DNA of 27,578 nt from Rhodothermales bacterium (GTDB taxonomy: Bacteria > Bacteroidota > Rhodothermia > Rhodothermales > VXPQ01). Below the pieces are notes generated by a model. That model was not told the origin of the DNA, did not search any database, and was given only the letters and a program-made list of their open reading frames with translations. Positions within the stretch are counted from its first letter, which is position 1. Each line of letters starts with the position of its first letter. The stretch lies in the NCBI GenBank assembly GCA_028283985.1, contig JANQSQ010000584.1:1-27578 (forward strand), in the 5' to 3' direction. Below, in pieces: positions 18,152-27,200 of the stretch. Made by a program: the position numbers and the translations under genes.

Positions 18152-18526
18152 TTAGAGAGATGTACCAGGTGCGACCCGGACGAGAAAAACGGCTTGTCTT
18201 CCGGCTCTTTGCACAAGGGTGTTCGCATTGAGCATCAGGTATGCGGGAGCATCCCTGTCGGCCGTGAACTCGACCACGCGATCCGGATGACTCGCCATCA
18301 GCAGGGCGAAAAAATCGGCCGGGTTAAGTACTGCAGGAGGCCCTTCACTCACGGGAGTGAGAAACGTTCCGTTACTCGATATGGCCACCTGAAGAGGCTG
18401 GAGCTGGGGCATACCGGTTTCCGCCTCCCGGCTCAAGGGCGTTTCTATCTCGAACGTGGGCACCGTGCTGATCGCCACAAGCGTGGCCAGCAGAATGAGT
18501 ACGATGTCTACCAGGGATTCATCCAT
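18152..18526 (-). CDS. ExbD/TolR family protein
   Basis: N-terminal TM with the conserved Asp (SLVDIVLILLATL) and C-terminal V.F.AD.DAP...M......AG. Confidence 0.75.
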   Translation of the reverse strand: MDESLVDIVLILLATLVAISTVPTFEIETPLSREAETGMPQLQPLQVAISSNGTFLTPVSEGPPAVLNPADFFALLMASHPDRVVEFTADRDAPAYLMLNANTLVQRAGRQAVFLVRVAPGTSL

Positions 18527-18533
18527 GTTTCAA

Positions 18534-19658
18534 CTACATGTTTTGGCGTTCCTGCCGCCACCAGGTAACGAAAAATCTGAAAAACTCCCTTGCCTCGGGA
18601 CTTGTGGGAGAAAAATCCTCGCTCTCGACAAAGTCGACGCGTTCCAGATCATCCCGGTCCACGATCCCCTTCTGGAAATACTGAGCGCGCTGCTGAAATC
18701 CGGGGTCGACGAAGTAGTAAATGTCGCTTTTCCTGATCAGAGCGATCCGAATTTCCCTGTTGGAGGGGGTATACATCATCTGGATTTCGGAAGACTCGGC
18801 ATTGATCGTGGTTTGCGCTCTGGCGCTGATCGCGGGAGGAGCAAAGTAAAAGAGCGACCTGATCCCGGGATCCAGTTCGGCCTGATTAGCCATGATCCAT
18901 TGCAAGAGGGAGTCCGACGGAACGGAAATATCCCCTTCTCCAAGAGCCAGACTCTCCATGCGGTCTCCCGGGTTGGACGAAGATTCCAACGACGGCGCTT
19001 CCCCTCCCCCGGTGGCCCGAATGGTTTGCCGGCCAGGCCGATCAGTGAAAGAAAGGTCCTCCAGGTTGCCCGTGTAGCTGCGGGAGCCGCCCGATTCGCC
19101 GCGCAAGGACGCAAAAGACTCCCCGATAAGGTTGGACGAAAGGGACCGCGACGAACGGGAAGCATTGTTGGCGGCGTCCAGAAAGTCCTGCGTCAGGTCC
19201 AATCCCGGGTCAAAGGCGGATTGCGCGTCGGCAAAAGGCGTCAGATCCTCCTCCGCCAGCAAGACAACCTCCCGGTTGTTCTGTTGGGCCTGCGGGTCCT
19301 CAAGAGATACGTCGGAAAAGGAAAATGCCTCGAATGCCTCGGCCATCAACGCCTCAACGTCTTCCGCCAGCAGTTCGTCGGGCGGCATTTCGGGATCAAG
19401 GGGTATTTCATCCGCATCTTCTCCCAGCTCCTCGGGAACCACTTCGTCCGCAGCGTCCGCCAATTCTATTTCTTCAAAGAAAGACGACAAATCAATGGTT
19501 TCCAGCATGAGCGCTTCCAGCGTGGTCTCGGCGAAACTCCGGTCAGGCAGGGGTATGACGCCGCATACCAGCGCAAAGAGCGCAGAAATGCCGGTAAACA
19601 CAAACCACGAAATGCGGCGTGTCTTTCTTTCCTCCTTGTCAGCCCAGGACAATGCCAT
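18534..19658 (-). CDS. single-pass membrane protein with long acidic linker and C-terminal globular domain (TonB/TolA-like architecture)
   Basis: A basic N-terminus, one TM helix (ISWFVFTGISALFALVCGVI), a very D/E-rich linker, a G/S-rich segment, and a ~130-aa ordered C-terminus. It lies between two ExbD-like genes. Confidence 0.55.
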   Translation of the reverse strand: MALSWADKEERKTRRISWFVFTGISALFALVCGVIPLPDRSFAETTLEALMLETIDLSSFFEEIELADAADEVVPEELGEDADEIPLDPEMPPDELLAEDVEALMAEAFEAFSFSDVSLEDPQAQQNNREVVLLAEEDLTPFADAQSAFDPGLDLTQDFLDAANNASRSSRSLSSNLIGESFASLRGESGGSRSYTGNLEDLSFTDRPGRQTIRATGGGEAPSLESSSNPGDRMESLALGEGDISVPSDSLLQWIMANQAELDPGIRSLFYFAPPAISARAQTTINAESSEIQMMYTPSNREIRIALIRKSDIYYFVDPGFQQRAQYFQKGIVDRDDLERVDFVESEDFSPTSPEAREFFRFFVTWWRQERQNM

Positions 19659-19672
19659 GGAACTACGGAAAA

Positions 19673-20056
19673 CTAATTATTGACGGTACATTGCCAGCCA
19701 CGCCGGGTACACAGGTCGAGCATGGATACCAATTGCTGGACGCTGGCTTCGCCTTGCGGGGAAAGCACAAAAATCGTTTTTGCGTCATGCCTGTATGCCT
19801 GCTCCAGGCACCCGGCCAGTGCTGCGAGGCTTGCGGGAACGCAGGCCGCCTCATTCTGGGGCAAACTCAAAACCAGAAACTGCATACGGTCGTCAAACTG
19901 AACTTCATACAGCGGTACGGGCTCGCCTTCTTCCTGCTCTCCGTCAGGAAGCGCCACGTCCACTTCAGGGGTCGTCTCGGTCAACATCAGGAACCCCACG
20001 AGGAGAATGAACCCGAGGTCGATAAAAAGAAGGAGATCGGAACGGTCTTTTTCCAT
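19673..20056 (-). CDS. ExbD/TolR family protein
   Basis: LLLFIDLGFILLVGFLM (TM with conserved Asp), VDVALP, and IFVLSPQGEASVQQLVSMLD. The start is placed at ATG 20056, 10 bp after the upstream stop. Confidence 0.72.
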   Translation of the reverse strand: MEKDRSDLLLFIDLGFILLVGFLMLTETTPEVDVALPDGEQEEGEPVPLYEVQFDDRMQFLVLSLPQNEAACVPASLAALAGCLEQAYRHDAKTIFVLSPQGEASVQQLVSMLDLCTRRGWQCTVNN

Positions 20057-20066
20057 ACCAAAAATG

Positions 20067-20762
20067 TTATTGACAGGAACGGGAAGCGATGCTTCCACCT
20101 CTTGTCATACTCTCGACGACAACACATCCCTCGCTGTCGATGTACGAACGAACCTCCGGCTGCTTGTGCACCATGATCACCAGCGGATCCGATTCCAGTA
20201 TGTCCGGCTGGACGCATTGCGTAGCCTGCGGGACAAAGGTCCAAAGGTCCTCCTCGTAGTTCCAGAACGTAATATGTACGTCCTCTCCCCGCTGAAGAAG
20301 ATGAATTTCCATAGGTCCCTCAGGATAGTAGTGCAGGAGAGACCCTAATATGGCCCCGGCAAGCGCCTTCTTCGCATCCTCCTCCACTTCGCCTTCGTCA
20401 GCCAGCAGGGGGCTTCTATCGCGTATCGTGTTGATTCGATAGTCCGTTTCCAGGTTCAACGAAACCAGCGTATTGAGCATGGCCTCCGGAAAGTATTGAC
20501 TCAGCGAAAAATGTTCTTCGCTTGGATAGAGTATCAGGATATCGTTCGAGCCGAACCCGTCTTCCGTGACATCCAGAAAGGCCGCATGGGTATAATCGGG
20601 ATCGTTGGGAAAAATAATCTGGTCCTCCAGAAAGCTACTTATAAAATCCAGATCATATACCTCGGCGGTAGGAAGCACACGCTGGTTCACCCTTGCATCC
20701 TGTCCAAGGGCGTCCCAAAAGGGCAAAAGCAACAGACCCGAAAGGATAAGAATACGTCCCAT
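20067..20762 (-). CDS. hypothetical secreted protein
   Basis: GGAG precedes ATG 20762. The signal peptide MGRILILSGLLLLPFWDALG-Q leads an acidic mature domain. No family was recognised. Confidence 0.7.
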   Translation of the reverse strand: MGRILILSGLLLLPFWDALGQDARVNQRVLPTAEVYDLDFISSFLEDQIIFPNDPDYTHAAFLDVTEDGFGSNDILILYPSEEHFSLSQYFPEAMLNTLVSLNLETDYRINTIRDRSPLLADEGEVEEDAKKALAGAILGSLLHYYPEGPMEIHLLQRGEDVHITFWNYEEDLWTFVPQATQCVQPDILESDPLVIMVHKQPEVRSYIDSEGCVVVESMTRGGSIASRSCQ

Positions 20763-20868
20763 GGCTCCAGCCGAAATCACAAAAAATGTTTTGAACGGAT
20801 CGGGCATGTTTTCAGGTGCATTACGATGGTGAACACATATTGTCCCAGGATAGCGATTTGCTTCCAGC

Positions 20869-20898
20869 AAAGTACGTAATGGGTTGCATGATTGTCAA
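20869..20898 (-). promoter_or_regulatory. putative sigma70-type promoter for the 20762-16602 operon
   Basis: The minus strand reads TTGACA (20898-20893), 18 bp, TACTTT (20874-20869). The -35 box overlaps the palindrome GTCAATTGAC (20894-20903). Confidence 0.4.
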
Positions 20899-21006
20899 TT
20901 GACCGGAAGACGTGCAACGCCTTTACTCACGGCCCCGACGAAAGCCGTGTAGAGAGACAGAGCGCCAGGCGCACCCCATGGTCTTACGCATTCCATGAGC
21001 GACTTT

Positions 21007-21114
21007 TTAGGGGTTTTCGACAAATGCTTGCGAGGTCGGCGTCTCGTCTTTATTGTCCGCCTCGCCTATGTCCCCCACATCGCCTATGTCTCTACGCGGC
21101 GCATTCCACTCAAC
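21007..21114 (-). pseudogene. orphan duplicate of the giant gene's 3' end (alternative C-terminus remnant)
   Basis: Reads VEWNAPRRDIGDVGDIGEADNKDETPTSQAFVENP* with no start of its own, and begins 7 bp after the giant gene's stop. Confidence 0.65.
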
Positions 21115-21211
21115 GGACCCCTCAGGGTTTCTGGACAAGCGTTGCCGGGGGGCCTGTGCGGACTTTGTCCCCCACATCGCCTATGTCCCTGCGCGGCGCA
21201 TTCCACTCAAC
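21069..21211. repeat. 46-bp direct repeat, 97 bp apart
   Basis: 21069-21114 vs 21166-21211 match at 44/46. Both mismatches are synonymous in the minus-strand frame (CGT AGA vs CGC AGG). Confidence 0.9.
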
Positions 21212-24200
21212 CGATGTCGGCAAAGGCGCCTGGCCCGATCCACGGGGCTCAAAGCGTAAAAACACAGACCGTTCTTCCGGCATGCGATCCAACGGGATAC
21301 GCACCCGGCTGCGCGTGTACACCAGCGTCTCGCGGCGGCCCAACTCACGACCGTCCCCGTCATACGCCACCACCTCGCCCACAAACGGACGATCCTGCGT
21401 CTCCAACAGAAACGTCGCCGACATCGTACCCACATACGAGATCGATAGCAGTTGAGCGCGAAGCTGAGAGGCCCCCTCTCCGGGTACGTACACGCCCGGA
21501 ACGCGCATCGTCACGCGGGCCGTGCGGTCCTCCGTAACCTCCTCGGGCATTTGATCCATATCTGCGTACCGGCGGGGAACGGACACGACGTCGAAGAACG
21601 CCGCATAGCCCTGCTCCGCCATCGCCGCATGCGCTTCCTCTTCCACCCCGTAACGAATAATGCCCTTCTCGCCGGGCATCAGCACCAGCACGCCCGGAAG
21701 AATGTCCACCACCCCGGACAAATCGCCAAGACGAGACGCCGATGCATCCTCGACCACGATCTCCCGGCCATTCTGCGTCGCCTCCGTATGCCCGAAACGA
21801 GCCGACACCGACACCTCCAGCGGTATCAGCGAAGGATTCGACAACTCGAACACTCCGCGCGGCTTCTCCCCGGTCAAAAACGCCACGTCGGGATAGATGC
21901 TCAGGTTCTGCTCCTCGGTCAAGCCCACGGGCAGTTCGCGCGACGTACCGAAACGCACCCCGCCCGGACCGATCGTGATCACGCGCTGGGCAGGAACGAC
22001 CGTCACCGACGCCTCCACCGTATGCGCTTCCTCACGCTCGCCCGAACGCATAATGAGGTCCATATTCCCCGCATACCGCCCCGAAGGCGCGCCCGTAAGG
22101 TCCAGCTCGCCTCCAAAACGAAGCAGGCGGCAATCGTCCTCCGATAGCGTCACCTCCGTATACAGACCCCCTACCGTCTGAGACGAAAGTTGCTCGCACG
22201 ACTCCGCATACGACCAGACCGGCGTAAGCACGAGCGAAGACGCCTCGACACCTCCTTCAGACCGGAGCAAGACCGGCGAAACCAGCTCGATGGAGAGGTC
22301 CATCTCCCCGTTCTCATCGAGGGGTTCGCTGCCGTCCGGCGAAAGCGTCATGCGGCCCCTGTGATACGGGCCTGAGACGTATGTCGATATCCGATCCGTC
22401 ATCGGATCCAGCGACACCTCGGTGTCCGCCGACTGCGCGCCGAAATCCAGGGACGACGCGCTTATCGTTACGCCAAGGGACAATAATTCCGCCACGGGCG
22501 CAGGCGCCACTTCTATGAAAAACGCAATCTGCGCCGTCTGCGTTTTGGCGTCGACAACCTGCCAGGTGTACTCCGTTGCGGGACGTACCTCCAGGGGCGT
22601 CCCGGAGATCGTTCGCGTCGGATCGCCGTCGACTTTAAGGCTCAAGTCGGGGGGCAGCACCGGCGTCAGCGTATAGGTATAAGGAGATCGACCGCCCGTA
22701 GCTTCCGGAAGAAGGATATCCGCAATGGTCTCGCCCACCGTCAAGACGAATACCCGACCGGCTATCGAATCGTCCGCGAAAGCGAGCGGCGGAATGTCAA
22801 GCACTGTCACCGTCACCTCTGCCGAACCGTCCTCCGCATTCTCCGCCGACGCCGTAAGAAGGTATTCGTACGTCGTCGTAACAATCACCTCGTCCGGCAC
22901 GTAGAAAGTGGGGGACTCTATGTCCGCTGCGCTCAGAAGCGACACGTCCGGCGTATCGCCCCGGACTGTCCATGCATACGTGTACTCCGGGTTATCGCCC
23001 GGAGCCCCGGATGCCGAGCAGTCGAACGAAATATCCTCAGAATCTTCGTACACCGAACCCGGATCCGCGCACGCCACCGCAAGCGCAGGCTTGTTCAGCA
23101 CCGTCACCGCCACCTCTGCCGTTGCATCCACCGCATTCTCCGCGCTGGCCGTAAGCAGGTACTCGTACCTTGTCGTCGCATCCACATCATCCGGGACATG
23201 GAAGGTCGGCGAAGCGATGTCCGCGGCACTCAATTGGTCCGTGTTCGCCGTACCGCCCCGGGCCGTCCAGGCATAATCGTAGCTGGAACCCGCAGGAGCG
23301 CCCGACGCCGAGCAATCGAACGCGATATCCTCCGATCCCTCGTACGCCGAACCCGGATCCGTACACACCACGCTCAGGAGAGGGCGGTCAAGCACCGTCA
23401 CCGACACCTCCTCTGTCGCGGGAATCGTATTCTCCGCCGAAACCGTCAACAGATACTCGTATGTTGTCGTCGCATCCACATCGTCCGGGACGTAAAAGGT
23501 CGGCGAAAGAATGTCCGCGGCGCTCAAAAGCGATGTGTCCAATGTATTCCCTGCCGCCGTCCAGGCGTACGTGTACTCGGAGGGCGCGCGCGTACCTGAA
23601 ACCGAACAACCCATCTCGAAATCCTCCGACCCTTCGTATACATCAAGGCGTTCCGGACACGTTATGCTCAGCACCTCCCTGTTCAACACCGTCACCGCTA
23701 CCTCCGCCGAACCGTCCACCGCATTCTCCGCGGAGACCGTCAGCAGGTACTCGTACGTCGTCGTAGCGGGCACATCCTCCGGCACAAGAAATGTGGGGGT
23801 AAGGGAAGCCGCATCCGAAAGCAGGTCCGTGTTCGCCGTACCGCCGCGCGCCGTCCAGGCGTATTCGTAGACAGAACCCTCCGGAGCGCCCAAAGCCGAG
23901 CAGTCCAGTTCAAAGTCTGCCGAACCCTCATAGACCGAAGCCGGGTCCACGCATGCCACATGCAGCTCGCCCTCATTGAGCACCGTCACCGTCACTTGGG
24001 CCGAACCGTCATCCACCTTATCCGCACTGACCGTCAACAGGTACTCGTACGTCGTGATCTCATCCACTTCCGCCGGCACCGCAAACGTCGGGGTCGGGCC
24101 GTCCGTACCGGCGATCAAACGATCCGTGTTCGCCGTCGAGCCCCGCGCTGTCCATACGTACGCGTACCCGGAACCCTCCGGAGCGCCCGAAGCCGAACAA

Positions 24201-27200
24201 CCCAGATCGAAGTTCTCTGAACCCTCGAATACCAAAGGCGGATCCGCGCATACCACGCTCAAGGCGCCGTAGTCGAGCACCGTCACCGTCACCTCCGCCG
24301 AACCGCCATCCGAGTTCTCCGCCGAAACCGTCAACAGGTACTCGTACGTTTCGTCTCCGTCCACGGTCTCCGGCACCTTGAAGGTCGGAGCAAGGAGCGT
24401 CACATCCGAGAGCAGCGCCGCGTTCGCCGTACTGCCCCGCGCCGTCCAGGCGTACTCGTAGCCGGAACCCTCAGGCGCCCCCGAAGCCGTGCAGTCCAGC
24501 GCAAAGTCTTCCGAACCTTCGTACACAGAAACGGGAGATGCGCAGTCGACAGCCAACGCAGGACGGTTGAGCACCGTCACCGAAACCGGCGCCGTCGCGT
24601 CCCGCACGCCCTCCGCGCTCGCCGTCAACAGGTACTCGTACGTCGTCGTCGCATCCAGCGCATCCGGCACGTAGAAAATCGGCGTAGGAATGCCTGTCGC
24701 GCTGAGCAGCGACGTGCCCTGCGTATCGCCTCTGGCCGTCCACTCGTACGTATAGTCGGTATTCCCCGTATCCCCTGAAACCGAACAGACCAGAGTGAAA
24801 TCTTCCGCTCCCTCGTACACCAGGGGAGGCGATTCGCAAATGAGCGCAATGGATCCAAGTTTAAGCACCCTCACCGTTACCCCGGCCGCGGCGTCTATCG
24901 CATTCTCGGCCGATACCGTCAGCGTGTACTCGTACGTTTCTTCCGCCTGTACGGTCTCCGGCACGTCGAACGTCGGATCCTCCACCGTCGCACTGCTCAA
25001 CCTGTCCGTGTTCGGCGTATTGCCGCGCGGCGTCCAGGCATATCGGATGGTGGAACCCGGAGGTTCCCCCGACGCCGTGCAGTCCAGATCGAAGTCCGGC
25101 GCGCCCTCAAACACCGGAGCAGGCGTTGCGCACGCCACCTCCAGCGGCTTCTTGTCAAGCACCGTCACCGTCACGTCGGCGGCGCCGTCCTCCGCATTGT
25201 CCGCCGTGACGGTCAGCGTGTACTCATATGTCTCGTCGCCGGCCACATCATCCGGCACATCGAATGTCGGATTTCTGACGGTCGCGCTGCTCAACCTGCC
25301 CGGAACCACGGTACCGCCCCCTCCCGTCCACACGTAGTCGTAGGCAGCGCCCGAAGGCCCGCCCGAAGCCGAACAGTCCAGCGTAATGTCGTTCGCCCCC
25401 TCGTACGCCTCGGGGGAAGAATCTGTGCAGGCGACCGTTATCGGGAGCTTGTTCAGCACCGTCACGGTAACGTTCGCCACACCGTCCTTCGCACCCTGCG
25501 CAGAGACCGTCAGCGTGTATTCGTACGTCTCGTCGCGCTCCACATTGTCCGGCACATCGAATGTCGGCGAAGCCACATCCGTGGGACTCAAAAGCGACAG
25601 GTCGAATGCATTCCCCGCCGTCCATTCGTAGTCGGGTGCGATACCCTGGGGCACACCGGTAGCCGAGCAGTCCAGCGTAATGGCGCCCGCCCCCTCGTAC
25701 ACCTCGGGAGAATGATCTGCGCATGTGACCATTATCTCCGCCTTGTTCAGCACTGTCACCGTAACGTTCGCTGTGTCAGGCTCCGCATTGTCGGCGGTTG
25801 CCACCAGCCTGTATTGGTATGTTTCGTCGGCGGCTACCTCTCCAGGCACGGCGAACGTCGGCGTGGACCCGTTCGTCCCCCTAAGCCTGCTTATGTTCGG
25901 CGTATTCCCGCGCGCCGTCCATTCGTATTCGTAGGTGGAAGTCGAAGGCTTACCTGTAGCCGAACAATCCAGTACAATATCGTCCTCTCCCTCATACTCC
26001 GAGTACGGATTGCCTGGACACGCGATGACGATATCCGGCTTGTTCCGCACCGTCACCGTAAAATCTCTGACAGCCTCGTTCGCATTTAACGCCGATGCGG
26101 TCCACCTGTACTCGTACGTCTCGTCGGTAGTTACCTCGTCCGGCACATCGAACACCGGCTTGGCTATAGTCGCACTGCTTAACCTGCCCGGAACCACGGC
26201 GCCGCCCCGCCCCGTCCAGGCGTAGGAATAGGGGTTGACCGAGCCCCGGGCCGTGCAGCCCAGCTGGAAATCGTCGCCCCCCTCGAACAGATCATCGGGC
26301 GGACCTTCGCAATTGTCCACTATGGTGCGGGTTTTCGCCTGCACCCTCACTGAAACTTCCGACCCGCCTATTGCAACGCCGCCTGCCATTGCCGTTACCG
26401 TGTAGTCGAATTGCTCGCCCCGAAAGGGCACATCGTCCGGCGGGGTGAACAGTGGATCGACCCGGTCGATGTCGGTATTGTCCAGATGGGTTGCCGGACT
26501 CCACACCCACTCGTCGACGGTATGCGTACCCTTATCCGTACAGGCTAACCTGAAGGGAGAAGACCCCTCATACACGGTGTAATCCTCAGGACAGTCGACC
26601 GGATCGAGATTGTTCACCGTAATGCGAAAACTTGCCGCGTCGTAATTAATCGGGTTCGGATCCGGCTCGGACGGCCTGGTCACATAGACGCTAATGACGT
26701 AGTCTATGTCACGCGGCACATCGCCGGGGGTAATGAACCCGACGGTATGCCGGTCCCTGGCGGTAGAGGTCAACAGCGACGAGAGATTGCCCGCCGCAGG
26801 CGGAACGCTGGAGCGCCACCTGTACTCGTATGGCCCCCCGTCCAGAGAGGTTATATCCTCCGTTTCGCAGGTCGTAAGGTCTTCGTTGCCGTCGCCTTCG
26901 TCAATGTCGATGTCGTACAAAGGCTGAAGTTTCGAGGCGTCGTCGACCCAGCAGATGATCTGGCTTTCCTGCATCGTGATCGTAACGGTTTCCGTAACGT
27001 CATCGATACCCGGCGCCGACAGCGTGACCGTGTATTCGAGGTCTTCGGTTTGTTCGTTTTTGTTGGGTATCGTGATGTCCGGAACGTTCAACGTCGTGTG
27101 GAGCGTGTCCGTCCTGGTCAACCAGGATCCGGCCTGTGGACCTTCCCAGAGATAGGTGGGGGCATCCGGCTCCTCCGTTACCGAACACTCGAAGTCATAG

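Noticed and set aside
13068-20056. Ordinary TonB-dependent uptake or Tol-Pal cluster
   Set aside because: No TonB-dependent receptor, TolB or Pal is recognisable, and the gene order (exbD-anchor-exbD-TPR-usher-exbB) is not canonical. Having two ExbDs is not novel in itself.
21069-21211. CRISPR-like repeat-spacer-repeat
   Set aside because: There are only two 46-bp copies, one lies inside a coding sequence, the differences are synonymous, and no cas genes are present. A duplicated gene end explains it better.
22955-24733. Two RGD integrin-binding motifs in the adhesin (22955-22963, 24725-24733)
   Set aside because: Both are variants of the repeat consensus WTARG(N/S/G/D)T, so they can arise without selection for integrin binding.
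21452-26927. Many short overlapping ORFs on both strands within the giant gene
   Set aside because: They are periodic by-products of the ~295-bp repeat coding frame.
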